Notes: generated by a model from the sequence alone, not told the origin. Shown: positions 39,655-46,757, counted from the stretch's first letter. The stretch is 64,000 nt of DNA from an uncultured virus (IMG/VR IMGVR_UViG_3300021599_002910) (IMGVR_UViG_3300021599_002910:62001-126000); one strand, 5' to 3'. Made by a program: numbers and translations.

Positions 39655-39841
39655 AACAGGTGAAGACTGTGGTGGAACCCCACGGTATATGAATCCCAAA
39701 GACGCCGTCTTGATTCGCGGTATCAGAGCGGTGAGGGTAGTGTTTACTATAAGTCAGGAGTAATTAACCAAAGACGAAAATGTAACCACCAATGTAGTAA
39801 TATGTTGGTCATGATGTGTAAAAGGACACAAAAAACCTGTT
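39655..39841 (+). ncRNA. unknown ~187-nt multi-hairpin RNA within tRNA array 1
   Basis: Closing stem AACAGGT/ACCTGTT with several internal hairpins; GC-richer than the genome; no long ORF. Confidence 0.6.
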
Positions 39842-39846
39842 CAAAT

Positions 39847-39920
39847 GGAGCGGTAGTTCAGTTGGCTAGAATGCTTGCCTGTCACGCAAGAGGTCGCGGG
39901 TTCGAGCCCCGTCCGTTCCG
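39847..39920 (+). tRNA. tRNA-Asp(GTC)
   Basis: Cloverleaf; CTTGC-CT-GTC-AC-GCAAG. Confidence 0.95.
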
Positions 39921-40039
39921 CTGGTAGAGTTTGTCCGTGGTAACGGTCTAATGGGAGAAATCCTTGCAGACTTCTCCATCCAAAATCCAATCATTGTTTC
40001 ACTGGTGATTGGGCTAAATGTGAAGGAAAAACGGAATAT

Positions 40040-40112
40040 GCGGGAGTAGCTCATTTGGTAGAGCGATAGCCTTCCAAGCTATAGGTGGCCAGTTCGAGCC
40101 TGGTCTCCCGCT
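40040..40112 (+). tRNA. tRNA-Gly(TCC)
   Basis: Cloverleaf; ATAGC-CT-TCC-AA-GCTAT. Confidence 0.95.
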
Positions 40113-40121
40113 CAGAAAATT

Positions 40122-40194
40122 GCGGAAGTAGCTCATTCGGTAGAGCACGACCTTGCCAAGGTCGGGGTGGCCAGTTCGAGCCTGGTCTTCCGCT
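40122..40194 (+). tRNA. tRNA-Gly(GCC)
   Basis: Cloverleaf; CGACC-TT-GCC-AA-GGTCG. Confidence 0.95.
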
Positions 40195-40200
40195 CACATC

Positions 40201-40273
40201 GCCTCCTTAGCTCAGCAGGTAGAGCAACTGATTTGTAATCAGTAGGTCGTTGGTTCGATTCCGACAGGAGGCT
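40201..40273 (+). tRNA. tRNA-Thr(TGT)
   Basis: Cloverleaf; ACTGA-TT-TGT-AA-TCAGT. Confidence 0.95.
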
Positions 40274-40279
40274 CAAATA

Positions 40280-40352
40280 GGGGAATTAGCTCAGTTGGTA
40301 GAGCACTTGATTTGCATTCAAGTTGTCGTGGGTTCGACTCCCTCATTCTCCA
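40280..40352 (+). tRNA. tRNA-Ala(TGC)
   Basis: Cloverleaf; CTTGA-TT-TGC-AT-TCAAG; G3:U70. Confidence 0.93.
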
Positions 40353-40368
40353 CTAAAATTTGAAAGTT

Positions 40369-40602
40369 ATGGAAATTTTTTGGTCTTATTATTTAATCTG
40401 TTTGGCTTATTGTCTTGTCATGTCAGTAAGAAAATGGAACAGAGATGTTATGGCAGGTGGTCTTGGTATCTCACCTGGATTAGATACTTTAGGTTTGATT
40501 ATCATGTGTTGGGTGTTAGCACCTGTTGATATTACTCTAACTTGGATACGTATCTATAAGGAAGCGGAAGAGGCAAGAAGAAACAACACAAAAATTTACT
40601 AA
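40369..40602 (+). CDS. small membrane protein
   Basis: Two hydrophobic helices; ATG at 40369. Confidence 0.6.
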   Translation: MEIFWSYYLICLAYCLVMSVRKWNRDVMAGGLGISPGLDTLGLIIMCWVLAPVDITLTWIRIYKEAEEARRNNTKIY

Positions 40603-41201
40603 TGCATATCTCAGAGAAACACAAAGTTTATTGGTTTACCCCACAAAGAACAGGAACACGTTCAACTAAAGAACTTCTTCGTGTTATGGGTTTTCAAACT
40701 TTTGACCATCATTTTACATTTGATTCCAACAAAAAAGACTATTTCTTCGTATCAAACGTTAGAAACCCTTACTCTAGACTAGTATCCCTGTTTTATTTGT
40801 ATTCACATCATTTGAATGATTTTCAAAAACATTTCAAAACTTGGGTTTTCGAATCCCTCGAAAACCCGAAAATAATTAATGATTATCAATTACAATATCA
40901 TAAAAATTATGAAATTTTGGGTAGACCATTTGATAAATTCATAAAACAGGAAAATTTGGAGAATGACCTCAAGTCTTTGAAATTTTTGGATTTGGAGAAT
41001 TCCGATATCAAGAAAACCTTTGATGAGTTCATAAGTAATAACAAATTCAAAACAGAATTTGAAGGACAAATGAATGAAAAAAGGAAACCATGGAAGGAAT
41101 TTTATGATGAAGAAGTATCCAACTACGTTTATAAAATTTTTGAGGAGCAATTTCATTTATTTGGTTATCGAAAAGAATCTTGGAGAAATGTCACACCCTA
41201 A
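40602..41201 (+). CDS. sulfotransferase family 2-like protein
   Basis: PQRTGTRS (5'-PSB-like loop); VRNPYSRLVS (3'-PB); FGY at the C-terminus. Confidence 0.75.
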   Translation: MHISEKHKVYWFTPQRTGTRSTKELLRVMGFQTFDHHFTFDSNKKDYFFVSNVRNPYSRLVSLFYLYSHHLNDFQKHFKTWVFESLENPKIINDYQLQYHKNYEILGRPFDKFIKQENLENDLKSLKFLDLENSDIKKTFDEFISNNKFKTEFEGQMNEKRKPWKEFYDEEVSNYVYKIFEEQFHLFGYRKESWRNVTP

Positions 41202-41541
41202 TTTACATGCAAAAAGTTCCGCTAAAAAGTTTGGTGGAAAACCTGAGGATTATATTCATTTACATGAGTGGATGGATGAGACCAAAGGTTGGTTCGGGGA
41301 TTCTTTACACAGAATGTTTAGACATCATTCGGAAGGGATTTTCGAAATGGAAAAGAGGTTTGGTCCTGAATTCAAAAACAGTGATGGTAAGACAGTCTAC
41401 ACCCGATATGTTGGTGAACAACACGTAAAGGAAGATTGTAATAATTATATCCCTTCCGCAAAAGAATGGATAAACAACATGGTATCGAACACAAGGCCAT
41501 CTTGGATGTTGAAAACAATAAAATTAGAGTTCGAAGATTGA
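41188..41541 (+). CDS. conserved phage protein (DUF6915-like)
   Basis: MSHP..HAKSS.KKFGG...DY...H.WMDE.K...HR..RHH.EGIF...EQHV.ED. Confidence 0.7.
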   Translation: MSHPNLHAKSSAKKFGGKPEDYIHLHEWMDETKGWFGDSLHRMFRHHSEGIFEMEKRFGPEFKNSDGKTVYTRYVGEQHVKEDCNNYIPSAKEWINNMVSNTRPSWMLKTIKLEFED

Positions 41542-41554
41542 TATTTATATTATC

Positions 41555-42259
41555 ATGAAAGATTTATTAACTAAAGACGAAAAAAAGTATTTAAATCGTA
41601 TCTGTCGTTATTTAGGTTCCATCGGAATGGAAGATGCATTTGTCGAATTCGAAATGAATACCTCTTATTTTGATTGTGACGATATCGATTGGAAAAATGT
41701 AACACATTTTTCAAATAATTACGTTGCGGAAATTCCTGAAGGATTAATTCCAATTTTTCAGAAAAGCATTTATTATGTTTGTGAAAATGAACTAATTAAA
41801 CAACCCGAATATGACGATATCAATTGGGGAAGAGTTATGATTGAGATTGATTGTAAAACTAGAGAAATTTCAATCTCCTATGACTATAGCTACTATGATG
41901 TTGGGAATACCGAATCTATTACTCATTCTTTGGAAGAAGACGACAATGAGGATTTAATGGAGCTTTTTGATACGTTAGAAAACGACGAGGAAATTAGTGA
42001 TAGAGTCCTTCAACTTGACTACAATGGAAGTGGTGACTCTGGTTACTTGGAAGACGATTTTACAAATGGTGATTCTGTTCCTGCGGTGGTTTCAGACTAC
42101 GCATACAGAATGCTTGAAAATAATTTTGGTGGATGGGAAATCAACGAAGGTTCTCAAGGTAATTTCGAAATTGATTTGGACCGTAAAGAGATAACCTTAA
42201 ATCACACAATGAATATTGAAGAAACAGAAAGAGATACTGTTTGGGAAGAAAAGTTCTAA
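41555..42259 (+). CDS. acidic protein with DUF6878-like C-terminal domain
   Basis: YNGSGDSG...GWEINEGSQG.F. Confidence 0.65.
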   Translation: MKDLLTKDEKKYLNRICRYLGSIGMEDAFVEFEMNTSYFDCDDIDWKNVTHFSNNYVAEIPEGLIPIFQKSIYYVCENELIKQPEYDDINWGRVMIEIDCKTREISISYDYSYYDVGNTESITHSLEEDDNEDLMELFDTLENDEEISDRVLQLDYNGSGDSGYLEDDFTNGDSVPAVVSDYAYRMLENNFGGWEINEGSQGNFEIDLDRKEITLNHTMNIEETERDTVWEEKF

Positions 42260-42301
42260 TTCATTTGTTTTTTCAATACTGATTCCTTACTTTTGTTTTA
42301 T

Positions 42302-42388
42302 ACCTTGGTGGCGAAATCGGTATACGCGCAAGACTTAAAATCTTGTGGACAGAAAATGTCCGTGTGGGTTCAAGTCCCACCTGAGGTA
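42302..42388 (+). tRNA. tRNA-Leu(TAA)
   Basis: Cloverleaf with long variable arm; CAAGA-CT-TAA-AA-TCTTG. Confidence 0.93.
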
Positions 42389-42504
42389 ATGAAATTGGAT
42401 TTGTTGTTGGGAGAGTTTATAATAGTATGACCCAAGAAGAAATAAATGATTTCATAAAAGGGTTTGAACACGGAGTTTCTCTAACAAACGGAACTCACTA
42501 AAAT

Positions 42505-42585
42505 ACCCCGATGGCGTAATGGTAGCCGCGTTGGTCTTAGGAACCAATGACTTCGGTCGTGAGAGTTCGAGTCTCTCTTGGGGTA
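42505..42585 (+). tRNA. tRNA-Leu(TAG)
   Basis: Cloverleaf with long variable arm; TTGGT-CT-TAG-GA-ACCAA. Confidence 0.93.
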
Positions 42586-42596
42586 CAGAAAAATAA

Positions 42597-42627
42597 TTTG
42601 ATTTTTAAAAGAGATTTACTATATTTG
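42597..42627 (+). promoter_or_regulatory. Bacteroidota-type promoter upstream of leader 2
   Basis: TTTG (42597-42600) and TATATTTG (42620-42627) match the -33/-7 consensus. Confidence 0.55.
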
Positions 42628-42644
42628 TAGTAATTATAATAATA

Positions 42645-42725
42645 ATGAGAACAATAGTGCGTAATAAAGTCTATAGTAAACAACAAGAGATTTGTTGGTT
42701 TAAGACACGCGCTGTAGTCTCATGA
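42645..42725 (+). CDS. putative leader peptide of tRNA array 2 (26 aa)
   Basis: MRTIVRNKVYSKQQEICWFKTRAVVS*. Confidence 0.65.
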   Translation: MRTIVRNKVYSKQQEICWFKTRAVVS

Positions 42726-42758
42726 GATAGCCTATAATTCCTGAAGAGTTATATATAC

Positions 42759-42800
42759 AAACCTCGGACTACAGAAATGAAGTTCGGGGTTTTTTTATTT
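42759..42800 (+). terminator. intrinsic terminator / putative attenuator before tRNA array 2
   Basis: AAACCTCGGACT/AGTTCGGGGTTT stem plus T-run. GACTACAG (42767-42774) is complementary to CTGTAGTC (42712-42719) in the leader. Confidence 0.75.
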
Positions 42801-42812
42801 AAGGAGTTTTTG

Positions 42813-42823
42813 GTTCTTTGAAA
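42813..42823 (+). promoter_or_regulatory. boxA-like antitermination element
   Basis: GTTCTTTGAAA; the same 11-mer lies just upstream of the tmRNA. Confidence 0.5.
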
Positions 42824-42848
42824 TAATGGTTGTAAGTTTGTAATTCTT

Positions 42849-42920
42849 GGCCCCGTCGTCTAAAGGTTAGGACGCCACCCTTTCACGGTGGAGATTTCGG
42901 TTCGAGTCCGTGCGGGGCTA
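42849..42920 (+). tRNA. tRNA-Glu(TTC)
   Basis: Cloverleaf; CCACC-CT-TTC-AC-GGTGG. Confidence 0.93.
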
Positions 42921-42927
42921 CAAATTC

Positions 42928-43000
42928 AGTCTCTTAGCTCAGTTGGAAGAGCACTTGCCTTACATGCAAGGTGTCGTAGGTTCGATTCCTACAGGGACTA
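42928..43000 (+). tRNA. tRNA-Val(TAC)
   Basis: Cloverleaf; CTTGC-CT-TAC-AT-GCAAG. Confidence 0.93.
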
Positions 43001-43005
43001 CAAAT

Positions 43006-43079
43006 GGTGACGTAGCTCAGTTGGGCTTAGGCGGAAGTCTGCAAAACTTTCTACGTAGGTTCGATTCCTATCCTGACCT
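43006..43079 (+). tRNA. tRNA-Cys(GCA), with two acceptor-stem mismatches
   Basis: GAAGT-CT-GCA-AA-ACTTT; U73; acceptor GGTGACG/CCTGACC has G:G and C:C mismatches. Confidence 0.75.
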
Positions 43080-43085
43080 CAATAA

Positions 43086-43159
43086 TGGAATGTAACTCAG
43101 TTGGTTAGAGTGCTAATCTGATACGTTAGATGTCGGCGGTTCGAATCCGCCCATTCCAA
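43086..43159 (+). tRNA. tRNA-Ile(GAT)
   Basis: Cloverleaf; CTAAT-CT-GAT-AC-GTTAG. Confidence 0.92.
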
Positions 43160-43173
43160 CAAATAAAATTGTT

Positions 43174-43698
43174 ATGAGACGTAAAATTATTTTTATTGAT
43201 GTAGATGGACCACTGGCATGGGGAACTTGGGGTGATGGGAGAGTTACGCTGAACGAACACAGTAAAACTTTTACAATCCCTTACCCATGGGTTGAAGATG
43301 ATTGTCAAGCACTTCAAAAAATTTGTGATGAAACAAACGCAAGTTTAGTTGTGAGTTCGGATTGGAGAAAACATTTCAGTTTTATACAATTAAAACGTAT
43401 TTTCCAATACTATGGTGTAACAGCTCCGATTGTAGATATCACAACCCATCAGGACCTTTGGAATAAACTTAGTAGACCTTCAATTGAGTGGGAAAGAGCA
43501 GCAGAAATCACAAAGTGGGTAAAAGATAATAAAATCTCAAATTGGATTTCAATCGACGACATGAAACTTGATGGTCAATATAAATGGATGAAACCAAGAG
43601 TTCCGATGTGGAGACACGTTCAGGTAGATGGTGACTTCGGGTATGGTGGTAGATTAAGAGATAAAATAGATGAATGTATAAAAAAACTTGAGAGATAA
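43174..43698 (+). CDS. HAD-superfamily phosphatase (Swiss-Army-knife RNA-repair-type HAD)
   Basis: IIFIDVDG.L, LVVSSDWR, R..EI..W, WISIDD. Confidence 0.8.
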   Translation: MRRKIIFIDVDGPLAWGTWGDGRVTLNEHSKTFTIPYPWVEDDCQALQKICDETNASLVVSSDWRKHFSFIQLKRIFQYYGVTAPIVDITTHQDLWNKLSRPSIEWERAAEITKWVKDNKISNWISIDDMKLDGQYKWMKPRVPMWRHVQVDGDFGYGGRLRDKIDECIKKLER

Positions 43699-43726
43699 TT
43701 CGTTATCTTTGTATAAATAAAAAATT

Positions 43727-44275
43727 ATGAAAATCAATAGAGCGGATTTGTTATGGTTCCTGAATAACATCCGAAGAAAACAAGAAGGAAAAGAACTAAG
43801 TGATGAGATGCTTGTTGACCACTTAGCGCATTACATGGAGGCAAATCCAAGATGTGTTGATATGTTAGGTGTAAGCACTCGTGGTAGATTCAGTTATTCA
43901 ACTGTGGGATATGGTGTATTTTCACTCATGGGTGAAAAATACAGAATGGGTAGAATCGAGGTTTTCGACAGTAAAAATGAAAGTGGATATCAGGTTCATG
44001 AAGGAATCTACACAATGCCTTATGAATCGGCAAGTCAATTCGAAGATTTTATCGAATCCTTGGAAACTGACTTACCAATAAACATAGAGATAGGTTCTCA
44101 CAACTGGTGTGAAGAGGAATGTGCGAAATCATTAGGTTTCAAAGATTCCGATGAAATGAGAGACCCCGATAAAGTGAAAGAATATACTCGGAAAAAAAAC
44201 GATGAGTATGCTCGTGAACAAGGATATGAAGATTGGGATGACTTACTCTCTAAAAGTAAATGGACGAAAAAATAA
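43727..44275 (+). CDS. hypothetical protein
   Basis: 182-aa ORF; TATCTTTG upstream. Confidence 0.7.
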   Translation: MKINRADLLWFLNNIRRKQEGKELSDEMLVDHLAHYMEANPRCVDMLGVSTRGRFSYSTVGYGVFSLMGEKYRMGRIEVFDSKNESGYQVHEGIYTMPYESASQFEDFIESLETDLPINIEIGSHNWCEEECAKSLGFKDSDEMRDPDKVKEYTRKKNDEYAREQGYEDWDDLLSKSKWTKK

Positions 44276-44280
44276 GTCAC

Positions 44281-44353
44281 GCGTGCGTAGCTCAATTGGT
44301 AGAGTACTAGTCTCCAAAACTAGGTGTTGTAGGTTCGAGTCCTACCGTGCGTG
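44281..44353 (+). tRNA. tRNA-Trp(CCA)
   Basis: Cloverleaf; CTAGT-CT-CCA-AA-ACTAG. Confidence 0.93.
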
Positions 44354-44358
44354 CAAAT

Positions 44359-44491
44359 AGGTTGATTGGGGAATGGTGATACTAATGACTCGAGAGTGTA
44401 TTTCGGTCTGTATCATCGGAGTTGGGAGAAATACACCTGAGTAATGCCAATCGTAAAAGGAGATGTCCACGCAACCATCTTCTCCTTTCCT
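44359..44491 (+). ncRNA. unknown ~133-nt structured RNA with a potential pseudoknot
   Basis: GATTGG/CCAATC, ACTC/GAGT, GTGTATTTC/GAAATACAC, AAAGGAGA/TCTCCTTT stems; crossing GGTGATAC/GTATCATC pairing. Confidence 0.6.
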
Positions 44492-44495
44492 TAAT

Positions 44496-44577
44496 GGGAG
44501 TATCGCCTAGTGGCAATGGCAGAAGACTGTAAATCTTCCCTCTTTCGAGTTCGTTGGTTCGAGTCCAGCTACTCCCA
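44496..44577 (+). tRNA. tRNA-Tyr(GTA)
   Basis: Cloverleaf with long variable arm; GAAGA-CT-GTA-AA-TCTTC. Confidence 0.93.
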
Positions 44578-44580
44578 CAA

Positions 44581-44642
44581 AAATGATTGAAGTCCTGAGT
44601 GGTGTCAGGAGGAAGTAACACAACCAAGTGTAACAATCATTT
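44581..44642 (+). ncRNA. unknown 62-nt three-way-junction RNA
   Basis: AAATGATTG/CAATCATTT closing stem; TCCTGA/TCAGGA and ACAC/GTGT hairpins. Confidence 0.55.
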
Positions 44643-44644
44643 AA

Positions 44645-44718
44645 GGACCCTTAGCTCAGTTGGTTAGAGCGGCTGACTCATAATCAGTAGGTCCACGGTT
44701 CAAGTCCGTGAGGGTCCA
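44645..44718 (+). tRNA. tRNA-CAT (probably Ile2; elongator Met not excluded)
   Basis: GCTGA-CT-CAT-AA-TCAGT; paired G1-C72, so not fMet; GGACCCT acceptor resembles Ile2. Confidence 0.85.
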
Positions 44719-44723
44719 CATTA

Positions 44724-44794
44724 TATCCTCTGGTGTAACGGTAACACAATTGGTTTTGGTCCAATTATTCAAGGTTCGAATCCTTGGGGGATAA
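44724..44794 (+). tRNA. tRNA-Gln(TTG)
   Basis: Cloverleaf; ATTGG-TT-TTG-GT-CCAAT; U1-A72. Confidence 0.92.
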
Positions 44795-44889
44795 CAAATT
44801 TTTATTATGAATAATATTTGTGGAATTCACGGAACACTTTTAGACAAAGACGGACTTTGTCCGAAATGTTTAGAAGAAAATAACAGATA

Positions 44890-44962
44890 GGTCTTATCGT
44901 ATAATGGATGAATACACTTCGCTACGGACGAAGAAATTTGGGTTCGAATCCTAGTAAGACCT
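44890..44962 (+). tRNA. tRNA-Arg(ACG)
   Basis: Cloverleaf; CTTCG-CT-ACG-GA-CGAAG. Confidence 0.92.
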
Positions 44963-44974
44963 CGTAAGTAATAT

Positions 44975-45048
44975 GGTGAACGTAGCTCAGTTGGAAGAGC
45001 ACTAGCTTGTGGCGCTAGTTGTCGTGGGTTCGAACCCCATCGTTCACA
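44975..45048 (+). tRNA. tRNA-His(GTG)
   Basis: CTAGC-TT-GTG-GC-GCTAG; G-1 present; discriminator reads A rather than C. Confidence 0.88.
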
Positions 45049-45052
45049 CAAA

Positions 45053-45137
45053 GGAGAGTTGCCTGAGTGGTTAAAGGAGCAGTTTGCTAAACTGTGGTCG
45101 AGCAATTGGCCTATTGGTTCGAATCCAATACTCTCCG
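45053..45137 (+). tRNA. tRNA-Ser(GCT)
   Basis: Cloverleaf with long variable arm; GCAGT-TT-GCT-AA-ACTGT. Confidence 0.93.
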
Positions 45138-45238
45138 CAAAAAAAAGTTTACACTGCTAATTGACGATTCTGAAAAACTTTTCTATATTTATAAACTCAA
45201 GACGTTATTAAAACATTAACAAAAAAAACAAAAAGAAA

Positions 45239-45409
45239 ATGAAAAAAATCCTTGCAATCTTGTCAATCGTAGCATTGGCATCATGTGGAAACGGAGCAAC
45301 ATCAAACGAAGTAAAAACCGATTCAACTGCTGTAGTAGCAGACTCAACATTGGTAGACTCTACAGTAGCTCCAGTTGTAGATTCTGTTAGAGCAGAAGAA
45401 GTAAAATAA
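45239..45409 (+). CDS. small lipoprotein (56 aa, not in ORF track)
   Basis: MKKILAILSIVALASC lipobox followed by DST/DSV repeats; TATTTAT upstream; terminator downstream. Confidence 0.8.
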   Translation: MKKILAILSIVALASCGNGATSNEVKTDSTAVVADSTLVDSTVAPVVDSVRAEEVK

Positions 45410-45432
45410 TATATTCTTCTACAACGAACTAA

Positions 45433-45463
45433 TAAAAAACCCCTCATTTGAGGGGGTTTTTTT
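45433..45463. terminator. bidirectional intrinsic terminator
   Basis: AAAAAACCCCTCA-TT-TGAGGGGTTTTTTT between convergent genes. Confidence 0.8.
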
Positions 45464-46757
45464 ATAATAGTCCTTTTATTCTTTTTATATTTTCTTGTAA
45501 TTTACCTTCGTTTTGTTGTTTTTTCTTATTGAAAACTTTTTTGAAGGCGTTTGCAATCCATGGGTCGACATCTCTTTTTGAGTCCCAATCTTTCCACTTT
45601 TTTGTTTTGAGTTCACCTGTGTCCTTGTCGTATACATTTCCAAAAATCTTTTTTGGTAATAAAATCAAACCAGCAAGTGCAGGGTCCGAATATTGTCTAT
45701 TACTACCTTTTATATATACTTTCTTATTAGGCTCTTTCTCTTTTTGTTTATCAACAAAAGAATCAAATTTTTGCGGGTCTATATTTTTTCTATTATATGA
45801 TTTGTCGAGAAACAACACCTCAGCATTGTCCTTACTATCCATAGTTCCAATATCTTGACCTTGAGAAACAGGGTCACCATTATTTACTTTCTTGGTTGTC
45901 ATTCCACAATACTGTAAAAAAAACTGAGGTTGTGTTGATGACTCAATTGTCACCTCATTTTTACATCCTTGAACAAATCTTTTGTTGTTTACTACACCAT
46001 CTATCGGACTTTTCACTCTTGGATTACTCGAACCAGGAATTACAATAGTTCCCATATTACTTTGGATGTTTTTTCCGAAACCTTCTTTAAGATTAAAAAC
46101 CTTACTACCAATGTCTTTAGCGACTAAGTAAAGTAATGGGTTTTGTTCTTCCGCACTTTTGGATTTTGATTTTGTTCCACCTATATTGATTTTTTCACCA
46201 TAGGCACCTGCCTTGGTTGTGTCTGAAGTTCCATCTTCAGTTGAATCGTCTGAACTTGGTTGGTAGTTGGGGTCTACAGAAGACGGTGAACCAGTTGTAT
46301 TTGAAACGTGAACGTGATTATCGTGGCCTGCAAAACCGAAGGTCAAAACAGCTTTAGGATGTGATGAACCCTCAGCATTCTTATTGTAACCCATACTTAG
46401 AAGAGCATTTACAAACTTGTCAACAACGTCTCTATTTTTTGGACTTACAACTTTTCCTCCTATATAGTCAATGTCTACGGCATTTTGAGACCAGTGTCTA
46501 CTTACATTACCACTTTTTGCATATTTGCCGTGGTCAGTCTTTGCGAAATCAATCGTGATGTCCAAACCTGTCATTTGAGATGCTTTTTGTAAGTCGTCCA
46601 ATAAAGCTTTATTTATCTCATCTTGTCTAGTTCTTTTAGCAAATTTCAAATTTGGATATAAAGACTCATCAGGTTTTATATAGACCTCAGAGACCATATC
46701 CTTATTCTTATCAAATTGATTATAAAGTTTTTGTATGTTAGTTAGTATGTTCGACAT
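45462..46757 (-). CDS. putative peptidoglycan hydrolase: M15-like peptidase plus degenerate M23-like domain
   Basis: SRH...AVDI...H.NHVHV; VKSPIDGVV...V..GD.VSQGQ.IG lacking the M23 His ligands. Confidence 0.6.
   Translation of the reverse strand: MSNILTNIQKLYNQFDKNKDMVSEVYIKPDESLYPNLKFAKRTRQDEINKALLDDLQKASQMTGLDITIDFAKTDHGKYAKSGNVSRHWSQNAVDIDYIGGKVVSPKNRDVVDKFVNALLSMGYNKNAEGSSHPKAVLTFGFAGHDNHVHVSNTTGSPSSVDPNYQPSSDDSTEDGTSDTTKAGAYGEKINIGGTKSKSKSAEEQNPLLYLVAKDIGSKVFNLKEGFGKNIQSNMGTIVIPGSSNPRVKSPIDGVVNNKRFVQGCKNEVTIESSTQPQFFLQYCGMTTKKVNNGDPVSQGQDIGTMDSKDNAEVLFLDKSYNRKNIDPQKFDSFVDKQKEKEPNKKVYIKGSNRQYSDPALAGLILLPKKIFGNVYDKDTGELKTKKWKDWDSKRDVDPWIANAFKKVFNKKKQQNEGKLQENIKRIKGLL

Noticed and set aside
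39655..39841. RNase P RNA or 6S RNA
   Set aside because: It lacks the GAGGAAAGUCC/P4 consensus of RNase P and is multibranched rather than a 6S-type rod with a central bubble. Kept as an unknown RNA.
39866..45447. ORFs 39866..40054, 42910..43095, 44382..44636, 44827..45105 and 45208..45447
   Set aside because: They overlap tRNA genes or are antisense to the small lipoprotein gene.
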